The notes beneath the pieces are model-generated. The model ran no database searches, was not told where the DNA came from, and was given only the letters and a program-made list of their open reading frames with translations. 64,000 nt of DNA from Candidatus Obscuribacteraceae bacterium (GTDB lineage: Bacteria; Cyanobacteriota; Vampirovibrionia; Obscuribacterales; Obscuribacteraceae): NCBI GenBank assembly GCA_044229845.1, contig JBGASG010000001.1, positions 896,001 to 960,000 of the forward strand, read 5' to 3'. The translations under genes were made by a program, and so were the position numbers. This document shows, piece after piece, positions 1-9,618 of this stretch (position 1 is the first letter of the stretch; the number at the start of each line of letters is the position of its first letter).

Positions 1-796
1 GCGCCTCCATGGGCAGTGCCGAGAAGACATAGTGGTGCGTGCCGTTCAACGGGTAGACGAAGAAGAGCAACCAGAAACCAAGCATCGAATAGAAGTGACT
101 GAATATCGGGCGCTTGCTGACTGCCGGAATCACGAAATAAGCAATCGACAACACCAGCGGTGTCACATAGAGTCCGATCGCGTCGTGGATCCACAGACCA
201 CTAAATGCAGCTCCCTGGGCTCCTGGCAAAAGCTCTGGCACGAGATTGCCGACGGGGTAGGCGAGCAATGTGAATATCAAGCCACCCAGTATGTACCAGC
301 CGGAAACAAACAATTCGTGCAACCGCGAGCGCAAAAGCGGTATCACAAATTGTGCCACCATCAGTGCAAACGAAAGCACGATTACGCCATCGATGACCAG
401 AGGAAACTCCGCCCACTCCAGAGCCTGGCTATGTCCCATCAGCATCAGCACTAACCCGCCGACAGTGGCGCAATTCCAGAGGGCGAAAAGGAACCATCCC
501 AGCTTTGGGCTTGTAATCGAGCGACGCGCCAGCCTGGGCACCGCGTGATAGAGAAACATCAAGAAAGCGTTGCCGAGCCATCCAAAGAACACAGCTTGCG
601 TGTGGCTATAGCGGATGCGTCCCCAGGTCATTGCCGCGCTGTTGGCGGCTACATCAGGCGAATGCAATTTCATCGCGGCGAGAACGCCGAATGTGGCGAC
701 CAGCGCCAGCATCACAAATGCTGCTATGCCGTGAGCGCGTATCAGCCCGGTAGCAGTCGGTGGCGAGTCGAAATTGCCCTCTGCCTGATGAGTCAT
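1..796 (-). CDS. ccoN: cbb3-type (C-family) heme-copper oxidase subunit I-like protein, 5' part only (runs off window)
   Basis: Not in the ORF track; translated by hand from ATG 796: MTHQAEGN...TWGRIRYSHTQAVFFGW...GLWIHDAIGLYVTP...YPLNGTHHY. These match the CcoN WGRxR..H, WxxHxAxG and GxHH motifs. Start overlaps the upstream stop (ATGA). Confidence 0.75.
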   Translation of the reverse strand, partial: MTHQAEGNFDSPPTATGLIRAHGIAAFVMLALVATFGVLAAMKLHSPDVAANSAAMTWGRIRYSHTQAVFFGWLGNAFLMFLYHAVPRLARRSITSPKLGWFLFALWNCATVGGLVLMLMGHSQALEWAEFPLVIDGVIVLSFALMVAQFVIPLLRSRLHELFVSGWYILGGLIFTLLAYPVGNLVPELLPGAQGAAFSGLWIHDAIGLYVTPLVLSIAYFVIPAVSKRPIFSHFYSMLGFWLLFFVYPLNGTHHYVFSALPMEA

Positions 797-1185
797 TTCG
801 GCGCCTCCGGCTTTCCTTTAATAGTAGCCAGATAATCAATGATTTCGTCGGCGTCGGCATCGGATATAGGTGCACCGTAAGTGGTGACCATCTTATGAAC
901 GACTTTTGCCCATGTAGTTTTGGGGAAATTCGGCTGCATCTCGATATAACGCAGCGAATGGCAAATAGTGCAGGAGGCGGCAAACTTATCGTAGCCCTTC
1001 ATCTGCGGGAAGACGCCCTGATCTACGGGGAACTGGACATTACGTGCTTCCATGTAGTCTGCCGGCACATTTGCGTGAGCATCGGGCGCCACCGGAGCAG
1101 TACCGGCGGTTCTAGTGCTTGAACATGCCGATAACATCAGCACGGTGAAAACAGCTATGGGAAGAAGCGGCTGTCGGAGGTTCAA
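793..1185 (-). CDS. sorB: Monoheme c-type cytochrome lipoprotein (SorB-like)
   Basis: CTICH heme motif, WAKVVHKM...YGAPI typical of SorB-like proteins, lipobox-like MLSAC. TTG start overlaps the sorA stop (TTGA). Confidence 0.8.
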   Translation of the reverse strand: MNLRQPLLPIAVFTVLMLSACSSTRTAGTAPVAPDAHANVPADYMEARNVQFPVDQGVFPQMKGYDKFAASCTICHSLRYIEMQPNFPKTTWAKVVHKMVTTYGAPISDADADEIIDYLATIKGKPEAPK

Positions 1186-2408
1186 ACGACTTTGACCTCC
1201 ACTTTCTCGATAACGTTTCGCATGTACCCACTGCGATTCCACTGCGGTATGTTGGTCTGCACGGCGCCCGAGTTGCTGGTGGCGCGCACGGCGAGTGTGT
1301 GCTGGCCGATGCTGTCCGGACGCCAATCAAAACGCCACTGCCTCCAGCTGTAGTTGCCCAGGTCTGGTCCAACCAGAGTTGCAGGCTTAAATGTATTGCC
1401 GCCGTCGGTGGATACATCAACCTGCTTTATGCCGGAACCGGCATCGAATGCAATTCCCTGACACTGGATTTGCTCGCCGGAGGAAACTGTGGCGTTCATT
1501 TCAGGTACCACGAATATCGACCGCAGGTTGAGCTTGTTGATGGGGACGGTGTCGGTCGCCAGTGTTTTCGGCAATTCATTGGCGGTGGCATTGTTCGGAA
1601 TGCGATATGCGGTTTTCATCCAGAAACTGTCCAGCGCGCCCGGCAAGACCGTTATCTCGGTCAGTGCTTTTACCCAGTATGTCGCGTACCAACCCGGCAC
1701 CACCAGGCGCAGCGGGAATCCGTTGAGCACCGGCAGCGGTGCACCGTTCATCTCATAGGCGACCATCACCTCGTCCGATAAAGCGTGGTCGACTTTCAGC
1801 GACTTGCAAAACTTCGGCATGTTGGAAAGTGGTGCTTCGTCAGTGCCGGCAAATGCGACTTCGACCGCACCAGATTTGATGCCGGCTTTCTTCAGCAAAT
1901 CCTTCAACCGCACTCCGGTCCAGCGTGCGTTGCCCATGGCGCCCTCACCCCACTGCCCGCCGGGTACTGGTGGGAGCATGCGGCTGCGAGAGTTGCCGGA
2001 ACACTGGCAGACAGCGGTGATCGTTGTTGGGTCGAACTGCTTGCGCAACTCTTCCATCCCGAGCGAGATCGGGTTTCCTACCAGCCCGTTGACGCTCAAG
2101 GTGAAACTCTTTGGGTCGATGCTGGTTTGAATGCCCGCATAGTGCCACCGCACAAAGAATGCATCGTTTGGTGTCAGCATTTCCTTGAAATAGTAAAGCG
2201 GCGTTTCCAACTGCGGCGGCCGTTCGGTGAGCATGATCAACTGCGCTTTCTCAGGAAACCGCGCGACAGTTTGCCCCGCCGGCACGTGAATTAGCGACTT
2301 CTCGGCGCGTTCTACACAGCCGGCCAGTCCAGACGCTGCTGTACCGGCGAGCGCAGCGATTCTCAGAAATGCACGCCTATCTAATCGAGCGCCGAGCAGC
2401 TCATCCAT
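1182..2408 (-). CDS. sorA: Sulfite oxidase-family molybdopterin enzyme (SorA-like), Tat-exported
   Basis: Tat signal LDRRAFLR, LAGC lipobox, FFVRWH, Mo-ligand CSGN.R, GFPLRLVVPGWYA, C-terminal dimerisation domain. Confidence 0.9.
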   Translation of the reverse strand: MDELLGARLDRRAFLRIAALAGTAASGLAGCVERAEKSLIHVPAGQTVARFPEKAQLIMLTERPPQLETPLYYFKEMLTPNDAFFVRWHYAGIQTSIDPKSFTLSVNGLVGNPISLGMEELRKQFDPTTITAVCQCSGNSRSRMLPPVPGGQWGEGAMGNARWTGVRLKDLLKKAGIKSGAVEVAFAGTDEAPLSNMPKFCKSLKVDHALSDEVMVAYEMNGAPLPVLNGFPLRLVVPGWYATYWVKALTEITVLPGALDSFWMKTAYRIPNNATANELPKTLATDTVPINKLNLRSIFVVPEMNATVSSGEQIQCQGIAFDAGSGIKQVDVSTDGGNTFKPATLVGPDLGNYSWRQWRFDWRPDSIGQHTLAVRATSNSGAVQTNIPQWNRSGYMRNVIEKVEVKVV

Positions 2409-2419
2409 GCATCAACGTC

Positions 2420-4036
2420 TCACTCTGGTGGCAGTGCAGGTTTGGCCGCCGCGGCACACTCTCCGGTCTGTACCGGGAATCCTGCTTTTTGCCAGGCCGT
2501 GATGCCACCACGCAAATCGCTGACGTTCTTGAAACCCTGCTGGCGCAAAAGACTGGCTCCCAGGGACGACCGAAACCCGGTGGCGCAGTAAACCACAATC
2601 TCTTTGTCCTTCGGAACATCGGCGAGTTGTTGCTTCAGCACGTCAGCGATGTTTGTCTGCATCTGAATAAGCGGAATGAACAGCGAGTTAGCAATCTGCG
2701 CTTCGCCGCGTTCCGTTTTGGTCCTAATATCCAGCACTACCGGTGGTGTTTGGCCTTTAACCTCGCTTTCCAGTTGTTGCGCATCTGTGCGCGGCGCTTT
2801 CACAAGCGTTCCTTCTTCAAGTGAGAGCTGATCGATCGCGTCACTCAAAAATCCCGAATAGTTATCGAAACCGACACGGCCCAGACGCAGCGCAGCTTGT
2901 TTCTCCTTGCCAGGTGGGGCGATCAAAACAATCGGGATTTCGCGGTCGAGAAACGCTCCCGCCCACCCAGCAAACCGACCCGAGAGCGGAATGTTGAGAC
3001 TATCTACGAAGTGCACCTTGGCGTAGTCGTCGGCTTCACGTACATCCAATATCTGTGCGCCACCATTTTTAAGTCTCAAGAGTTGCTCGCGATTTAATGG
3101 CTTAAGCTTCTGAGCGACTACAGTTTCCAGCGAGGGATGTTTGCTCATGTTGAGCTTGGCGTCATAACTGAAATACTTCGGTGCCGGCGGTTGATCCGCA
3201 GTTACCAGCGCTATGAACTTATCTTTCTCCATCTCTTGCAGCGCATAGTTAGTCTTCTTCTGCTCGCCGATGGTTGAAACAGTTTCTGTGCTCATATTTT
3301 TGCCGCACAGCGACCCTGCACCATGCGCTGGGTAGACGAGCACCGCATCGTCCAGCTTCATCAGCTTGCTTCTCAATGACTCGTAGAGCATGCCGGCCAG
3401 TTGCTTGTCGGTATAACCCGATGATGCCAGCAAGTCAGGGCGACCCACATCACCGATGAACAATGCATCGCCGGTCAGTACCGCATACGGTGCTGCGTTA
3501 TCGGACGCGGCGCCGGTTGCACTCTGCTTATCGACAATCGCCAGCGAAATCGCTTCCGGCGTGTGCCCCGGTGTGTGTATGGCTCGCACCTCCAGTCCGT
3601 CGAAGGTCAGTTTGTCACCATCTTTGAAAGGAAGAAACTTGAACGCACCCTTTGCTTCCGAACCCATGCAAACCTGCGCGCCCGTGCGTCGCTGCAGTTC
3701 CAGGTGTCCGGCGACGAAATCGGCATGCACGTGCGTCAAGAACACGTGCGTGATTTTGAGTCCGTGTTTCTGAGCCGACTCTATGTACTTGTCGATGTCG
3801 CGTTCAGGATCGACAACAATCGCTTTGCCTGATTTGGTGTCGCCAATCAAATAAGATGCTTGCGACAGGCAAGGAAGATAGAACTGCTCGAAGACAATGC
3901 CTTTGTGCTTCGGCGCTTCCTTTACTTCAGCCACGCAAGAAACCGTCGCCAGCGCCGGCGAACACCAATGCGAAGTTCCAGCCATTCCGATGCCGAGAGT
4001 CAGCATTCCTACCAGCAACCCGACGACAGCGTGCAT
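2420..4036 (-). CDS. MBL-fold persulfide dioxygenase with two rhodanese domains (Blh/CstB-like), with an N-terminal hydrophobic signal-like segment
   Basis: THVHADF, HTPGHT, GDALFIGDVGRPDL, GAGSLCGK; C-terminal rhodanese with YCATGFRS. RBS GGAGGG upstream. Confidence 0.9.
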   Translation of the reverse strand: MHAVVGLLVGMLTLGIGMAGTSHWCSPALATVSCVAEVKEAPKHKGIVFEQFYLPCLSQASYLIGDTKSGKAIVVDPERDIDKYIESAQKHGLKITHVFLTHVHADFVAGHLELQRRTGAQVCMGSEAKGAFKFLPFKDGDKLTFDGLEVRAIHTPGHTPEAISLAIVDKQSATGAASDNAAPYAVLTGDALFIGDVGRPDLLASSGYTDKQLAGMLYESLRSKLMKLDDAVLVYPAHGAGSLCGKNMSTETVSTIGEQKKTNYALQEMEKDKFIALVTADQPPAPKYFSYDAKLNMSKHPSLETVVAQKLKPLNREQLLRLKNGGAQILDVREADDYAKVHFVDSLNIPLSGRFAGWAGAFLDREIPIVLIAPPGKEKQAALRLGRVGFDNYSGFLSDAIDQLSLEEGTLVKAPRTDAQQLESEVKGQTPPVVLDIRTKTERGEAQIANSLFIPLIQMQTNIADVLKQQLADVPKDKEIVVYCATGFRSSLGASLLRQQGFKNVSDLRGGITAWQKAGFPVQTGECAAAAKPALPPE

Positions 4037-4175
4037 CGCATGTCCCTCCGCGATTCAGACTTACACCGATGTGCAAGGATATCGCAAAATCGCCGACCAA
4101 GCCCTAGTTTCCTGTCACGTTCGCCTCGTGCGGTGTTGTCAGGATAAGGCGCTGCGTATTCTGACTGGCAATGCT

Positions 4176-4919
4176 TCAGTGATGGGCTTTTTGCAGCTGT
4201 TTCTCAAGAGCTGTTGCTTCGTCCGTGCGCCCTTGTTGGCGATAGATTTTGGCGAGTGCCGCATATTCATCCGCGCTCATGTCAAACTTCATTGATTCGT
4301 ACGCGCCGGCACGCGGAAACTGCTCCGGCCTCAGCTGAGCAGTTTTCATATCGATCGACTTTTTATAGAGTTGAACGGCCTCGTCGTACTTCTTCTGTGC
4401 TGCCAGGTTGGCAGCAAGTTTGTCGGACTGCGACCAGTAGTTTGTCTGGAGTTGGTCTTTCTGCTGAGCATTTTGTTGGTGAGCCTGGAGAATGGTTCGC
4501 CTCAATGGTTCCGCAGCGGCGAACTTGCCCTGTGCTTCATAGCACTCTGCGAGTTGATCGAAATTCGGAGGGTCGGGCAGCCCGTTATTCATGTTTTTCT
4601 GAATCGCGGAGGGTACGTCCGACATCAACGCGTCATTCTTCCCGTAGATGCTGGTCCACAACTCTTCCCTGCGCTTCAGCACTGGCTCTGCCTCGGCGTA
4701 GTGCTCTGATACCATCAACTCCAAACCTTGCTTTTCCAGTTTTTCAAGTTCGGCACGCTGCTCCGGACCGTCCTCCACTTTTGTCGGCGTCACCTTTGTG
4801 ATCGCGCCACAGGAGGAAAGCAAAGTTGCCGCAAGCACCGCAATGGCAATGCTGCGTACCGCGATCATGTTCTTGACGGGGAGCATACTCAACCTCGTTG
4901 GTGCGGCGGCGGAATTCAA
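4176..4919 (-). CDS. TPR-repeat lipoprotein (start may be ~4886)
   Basis: LLSSC lipobox; kinesin-light-chain-like TPR motifs (YAEAEPVLKR, GKFAAAEPL). Confidence 0.75.
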   Translation of the reverse strand: MNSAAAPTRLSMLPVKNMIAVRSIAIAVLAATLLSSCGAITKVTPTKVEDGPEQRAELEKLEKQGLELMVSEHYAEAEPVLKRREELWTSIYGKNDALMSDVPSAIQKNMNNGLPDPPNFDQLAECYEAQGKFAAAEPLRRTILQAHQQNAQQKDQLQTNYWSQSDKLAANLAAQKKYDEAVQLYKKSIDMKTAQLRPEQFPRAGAYESMKFDMSADEYAALAKIYRQQGRTDEATALEKQLQKAHH

Positions 4920-4937
4920 ATTGTACAGGAGCTAAGT

Positions 4938-5333
4938 TCAATCGACCCAGATCAGGCAACTTTCAACCTGTTCGTTCTTGAACTCAATGGTGAGCCAAAG
5001 TGTGTCAAAAAGGTAAGGACCCAAGTTATAAGTTAGACTTTCGGGACGTTGCTCAATGTGACACCCATCTTCTGGTCCGAGCAGCTCAATCACTTGCTGC
5101 CGATGTAATCCATGAAGTCGATGATTTTGTTTGATGTCCTCTGCCATGCATTCACGCAACTTGTTGCCGCCTGTGCGCCACTTGCCAGCGTCAAAAGCAA
5201 GTGGCGCGGGACTGTCTATCAGGTCTGAGAGGAATGCTTCCTCCAACATTCCGCTCGCGAACATGAAGATTACGCAGCAGAGCAGGAGCATGGTGTGCTT
5301 TACTCGAACATCAATTACCGGCGTCAGCAACAT
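4938..5333 (-). CDS. Small exported protein, possibly SmpA/OmlA-like fold
   Basis: Hydrophobic N-terminus; GLHRQQVIELLGPED...YNLG...LTIEFKNEQV pattern. Confidence 0.55.
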   Translation of the reverse strand: MLLTPVIDVRVKHTMLLLCCVIFMFASGMLEEAFLSDLIDSPAPLAFDAGKWRTGGNKLRECMAEDIKQNHRLHGLHRQQVIELLGPEDGCHIEQRPESLTYNLGPYLFDTLWLTIEFKNEQVESCLIWVD

Positions 5334-5337
5334 CGGG

Positions 5338-6000
5338 TCAGCGAGACACGTAGACTTGGAACCGCTGGGGTTGACCTTGTTGCGCCGGCATTCCATACTG
5401 CTGTTGCTGCTGCATAGGCATTTCGCCGCCATATTGCTGTTGTTGCATTTGCGCTTGCTGCTGCTGCGCGCGCAATCCGAACGTGCGCATCGACGGCGGG
5501 TGGTGCTGTTGTGGTGGCGCCTGCTGCTCAGTCGCCGGCGTTTGTTCAGGCAGAGGTGGTGCCTGCTCCACCGGTGGTGCATAGTAATCGCGCATCGCTT
5601 TGTCCGATACACCCAACGACTGTTGGGCGGTGTTCATCAACAGGCGTTCTGCCGGAGACAGTTCACCCGATGGGTTATAGCCGCTTTCGTTATTGGCGGA
5701 CCTCACAAAACTGGAGAGCATAAAGACCGTGATCAGAGCTGCTCCGATTAGCACGCAGTAAGCTTTAGCCTGATTCTGCCGACTCTGTTCCAAAAACAAG
5801 GGTATCGGCTCGTCATATCCGAGCACCCAGTTCCACTTTTTTTGCGGGTACTGCGCGGCAAGCTTGTCGCCCTCTGACCCATATAAAGATTCGCCCCGCT
5901 TATAACCGAAAACGCGCAGCAGGTGTTCCTTAACAGTAGGAACACGAATGTCCTCATCCGGACGCTGTGTAGTCTGCCCACTAGTCGTGGTGTGCTGCAT
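5338..6000 (-). CDS. Hypothetical single-pass membrane protein with Gln/Pro-rich C-terminus
   Basis: ORF with one TM segment and poly-Q tail, packed with its neighbours. Confidence 0.6.
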   Translation of the reverse strand: MQHTTTSGQTTQRPDEDIRVPTVKEHLLRVFGYKRGESLYGSEGDKLAAQYPQKKWNWVLGYDEPIPLFLEQSRQNQAKAYCVLIGAALITVFMLSSFVRSANNESGYNPSGELSPAERLLMNTAQQSLGVSDKAMRDYYAPPVEQAPPLPEQTPATEQQAPPQQHHPPSMRTFGLRAQQQQAQMQQQQYGGEMPMQQQQQYGMPAQQGQPQRFQVYVSR

Positions 6001-6140
6001 GTTCACTTCCCTTGCCTCCAACCACGGCAGGGACGGGGATTGCCAGCCAAAATAGTACCCCAAGACGACCCCAGCCGTCTTTCGTAAAACCAGCACTGAG
6101 CCGGCTCCGGCTGATTAGTCCTGTCTCAGCATTGGCGGCG

Positions 6141-6416
6141 TCAGCCCGATTTGAGCATGTCCATGAAGAAGTTATAGAGCGGGGCGGCAGGTCTGAAACC
6201 AGCCAGGTGACCGCCAAAAGCCACAGTGCCCAGCAAACCGCAAACTATCCAGGCAATGGAGAGCATGGATGCCTTCTTCCCGGTGTAGGTCTGCTTGGTG
6301 TAAAACGCCATACTCTGACCGGTGACCTCACCGGTTTGCAGTCCCATAACGCCGTACAGCGTCAGCACTATCGAGAGGACGAGCCCTCCCACCGGAATAA
6401 TGGTGTCGAAGTTCAC
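6141..6416 (-). CDS. Small two-TM hypothetical protein
   Basis: Two hydrophobic helices; GAGG upstream of the GTG start. Confidence 0.6.
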   Translation of the reverse strand: MNFDTIIPVGGLVLSIVLTLYGVMGLQTGEVTGQSMAFYTKQTYTGKKASMLSIAWIVCGLLGTVAFGGHLAGFRPAAPLYNFFMDMLKSG

Positions 6417-6710
6417 TGTCTAACGGTGCCTCCTCGCCGAGACACTCATTATATCGGCACACGCAGCCGGTAGATTGTCGTGTAGATGATGCTCGACGTC
6501 CCGACTGAAGGGATATGGTGCTGAAGGCGAGAAGTCGCACCATGGGCTGACACCATTGGCGGTATCAACCGAAGAGATGACTGAATACATTGCATTGCTT
6601 CGGGTGTCAGTCACTCCATGGTGGCAGGTGTGCTGAATTTAAACTTTTCGGCGGGTAGAACTCCCCTAATATCGGCGTCGCTCAGGTCATTACCCTTGTT
6701 GTAGGACGTT

Positions 6711-7460
6711 GTGATGACAAGCGAAAAGAGCCGGTTTCTGGTCCAGCTACTGATGCCAATGCTGCTGAGCGCGCAATTTGCGCCTGCTGCGTTTGCTGGA
6801 GATTTGCCGTCCCTGCAAAAGCAAGAAGCTGCCGTCGATACGCAAACTGCCGCGGAGGATGCGCCGGCCGCAACGCCGACCTTGAAGGGCGCAGTTGAAA
6901 AAGGGGATGCGCTCGGTTCAGCATCTTCTGCGGATGCTGGAACACTGCAGACGCAACCGGCCAGCCCTGCCGATCGAGCCGCCAGACGTGAAGCGGCATT
7001 GAAGAAACTGGCGCTGCGCGCCAAACTCACCTCCGACGACTACCGCGACCTCGGCATTGGTGTTCTCGGATACGACAGCGACCGCACCTACTTCACCCAG
7101 TTTGCCAAAATTACGGTGCTGATTCCCGGATGTCCGGCTGAAAAGGCGGGAATTAGATTGGGCGACCTGATAGTCGTAGATGAGGAGGAAGCAGAGGACG
7201 CGGGCATCAAAGATCCCTCAATTCCGACCTGGGTTTTTAGCTGCGGCGTCGAAGGGCAAGCCGTGGATCTGACCATCAAGCGCGGCGACGAACTTCTGCA
7301 GTTTCACCTGGTGCGCATGAACATGGAAGATGTCCCCGATCCGCATGCCAGACATCAATATGAACAACTGGTACGGCAAACCGGACTCAGCCAGGGACAG
7401 GTTGAAATCAATAAACCTGTGTCCGTTCCTGCTACGCTCCGGACGCTGCTCGGTCTGTAG
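6711..7460 (+). CDS. Secreted PDZ-domain protein
   Basis: Signal peptide (AFA); GIGVLG...PGCPAEKAGIRLGDLI...VDLTIKRG PDZ pattern. Confidence 0.75.
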   Translation: MMTSEKSRFLVQLLMPMLLSAQFAPAAFAGDLPSLQKQEAAVDTQTAAEDAPAATPTLKGAVEKGDALGSASSADAGTLQTQPASPADRAARREAALKKLALRAKLTSDDYRDLGIGVLGYDSDRTYFTQFAKITVLIPGCPAEKAGIRLGDLIVVDEEEAEDAGIKDPSIPTWVFSCGVEGQAVDLTIKRGDELLQFHLVRMNMEDVPDPHARHQYEQLVRQTGLSQGQVEINKPVSVPATLRTLLGL

Positions 7461-7470
7461 ACCCCGATCG

Positions 7471-8547
7471 CTACTCCGTCGCAGCGGTGGCACTCTTCAG
7501 ACGTTTGACGCAGCTCTGCATGTCTTCTTGATCGTCGTCGGACGAGTAGAGTTTGGAAGCCTTGTCGTATTCGGCGGTGGCACCGGTGATATCACCGCTA
7601 TCTTCGAGCGCATAAGCCAGAATGCGATGTGCCTTCGGCGAATCGGGCGCAAGCTTCACCGAATGCTGTGCATCCTCCAGCGCCTTAGGAACGTTCTTCA
7701 GTCCCAGATAAGCCAGTGCGCGAAACATGTAAGCTACCGGTGAATTCGGCATGCCTTCCGCAGCCTTGGTCAGGTCAGGCAACGCCTTGTCGAATTGATC
7801 GCAAAGCAAATAAGCTCGTGCTCTGTCCAGGTAATAGCGTGGGCTGGGATCTTTTTTAATTGCTTCGCTGAAGTCACTGATCGCCACGGCTGCATCGCCC
7901 AGAGTCAGCCGGCACTGCCCTTTGATTTGCCAGGCATCGGCGAGGTTCGGGTCCAACTTCAAAGCTTTGTCTTCGTCCAACACTGCTGCTATGGCATTGT
8001 TGGACATCGAGTGTCCTTTGCCGCGAATGTAGAACGCCTGTGCATTCTGGTGCAGCTTGATGGCGTGGGTGCAGTCTTCAGTGCCTCCATCGGCATCACC
8101 CATGCTGGTTTTGGTCCAGCCTCGAAATGTCAAGGCATCGGCATTCTCATCGTCGTACTTGAGCGCCTCGCTGAGGTCAGCAAGCGCGTAGTTGGTTTCG
8201 TTTAGTTTCAGTCGAGCAAATCCGCGCCAGGTCAAAGCGGTGACGTTCTTGGGGTCGGCTTTCAACGCTTCGTTCAAATCAACGATGGCAGCTTCCCAGT
8301 TTCCTTTATTGATCTTCTCTCTTGCTCTCTGAATCGCTTCCGATTCAATCGATCTGGTCGCCCGCCATTTGCCCTGCAGTGCAGTCACAGGCAAATTTTG
8401 GTCGGCGCTGGAAAATGCCATTCGCTTCAGCGTGCTTGCCGTTTTGGCATCTTGAGATCCTTGCGCTTGGCAAGTCGCTATGGTGAATAATAGGGCCAAT
8501 GCTGCCGGCACAATTTTCCCGAACGGAGTGAATTTGTTAGATAGCAT
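7471..8547 (-). CDS. Secreted TPR-repeat protein (start revised to MLSNKF)
   Basis: Signal peptide followed by about 8 TPR motifs (ALKADPKN, ALKLDPNL). Confidence 0.85.
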   Translation of the reverse strand: MLSNKFTPFGKIVPAALALLFTIATCQAQGSQDAKTASTLKRMAFSSADQNLPVTALQGKWRATRSIESEAIQRAREKINKGNWEAAIVDLNEALKADPKNVTALTWRGFARLKLNETNYALADLSEALKYDDENADALTFRGWTKTSMGDADGGTEDCTHAIKLHQNAQAFYIRGKGHSMSNNAIAAVLDEDKALKLDPNLADAWQIKGQCRLTLGDAAVAISDFSEAIKKDPSPRYYLDRARAYLLCDQFDKALPDLTKAAEGMPNSPVAYMFRALAYLGLKNVPKALEDAQHSVKLAPDSPKAHRILAYALEDSGDITGATAEYDKASKLYSSDDDQEDMQSCVKRLKSATAATE

Positions 8548-8646
8548 CGGTCTTTCCATACTCCGGCAGACGAGAAATTGTTCACAACCTCGCGTCATTT
8601 TCGCATTTCGTCTTAATATGTGCACGATCAACCCAGGCATACAACT

Positions 8647-9579
8647 ATGTCGTTTTCGAAATTGCGCTTCTACCTGTTGCTGGCAGCACTGCTCGTGTCC
8701 ACCCTCGGACCGGTGCGCGCAGCGTCGGAAAAAACTGAGGCAGCCGCGCCGGCAGCCGCTTCTGTCGATCGCCCGGTCACCGATAAGTGGGCATTGCTGA
8801 TTGGAGTTAGCGAGTTTCCCACAGTCGATTTGCTCGGCGCTCACATCGAGAAAGGTGCGTCCACTACTCCTCGCCTGGTCCTCCCGGCTCGCGCCGACTC
8901 GCTCACATTCAGCGTTAAAGATGCCGTCGACGTGCGCAATTTCCTGATTTACAAAGCCGGGTTTGCCCCCAGCCACGTGAAAGTCTTGTTGAACTCCCAA
9001 GCCACTGGCGAAAAAATTCGTTATTACCTGGGTTCGGGCTGGCTGAAGAATGTTGTTCGCCCGGACGACCTGGTGGTTGTGTATTTCTCCAGCCACGGCA
9101 GCACGTCATTCTCGGACAAGAACGGCGAAAATTACATTCTCACCTACGACTTCGACGATCGAAATCCGAAGAGCACGGGATTGAGCATGCAAGAGCTGGG
9201 TCGCATGATCAAACAATCGCTCCCCTCAGATCGAGTCGTCATCATCGTTGATACCTGTTTTTCCGGCAACGTCAAAACCAGAGACGCCGCAGCGACCACC
9301 GACGTCATCGGTGCCGGACAGATTGCTGTCACCGCCTGCTCTGCCAATGAAACATCTGTAGATGACGATTTTAACGAGAGCGGGCTTTTCACTCACTATC
9401 TTTTGGAAAACCTGTCCAAATACGACGGAAAACTCAAGACTGCTTTTGAAGAAACACGCCAGCAGGTGATTATGGCAGCCAGGCTGCGCATGCACGAACA
9501 GCATCCCACGGTGAACTACAGCCGGTGGAGCGGCAGCGATGCCGTGCTTTTTGCAAAACCTTCAGACCCATCGCCCTAA
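8647..9579 (+). CDS. Secreted caspase-like peptidase (C14)
   Basis: Signal peptide; KWALLIGVS, YFSSHG and IVDTCFSG catalytic His/Cys dyad, GLFTHYLL. Confidence 0.9.
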   Translation: MSFSKLRFYLLLAALLVSTLGPVRAASEKTEAAAPAAASVDRPVTDKWALLIGVSEFPTVDLLGAHIEKGASTTPRLVLPARADSLTFSVKDAVDVRNFLIYKAGFAPSHVKVLLNSQATGEKIRYYLGSGWLKNVVRPDDLVVVYFSSHGSTSFSDKNGENYILTYDFDDRNPKSTGLSMQELGRMIKQSLPSDRVVIIVDTCFSGNVKTRDAAATTDVIGAGQIAVTACSANETSVDDDFNESGLFTHYLLENLSKYDGKLKTAFEETRQQVIMAARLRMHEQHPTVNYSRWSGSDAVLFAKPSDPSP

Positions 9580-9618
9580 GTCAGTCAACGCCATCCAACA
9601 GGATGAAGGAATCGAGCA

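Noticed and set aside
32..983. Several short ORFs listed in the track
   Set aside because: Shadows of the minus-strand ccoN-like and cytochrome c genes.
6420..6614. Small ORF upstream of the 91-aa membrane gene
   Set aside because: No recognisable motif or clear RBS; cannot be supported.
8548..9096. N-terminal extension of the 541-aa ORF 7471..9096
   Set aside because: It overlaps the caspase gene on the opposite strand; the signal peptide begins at 8547.
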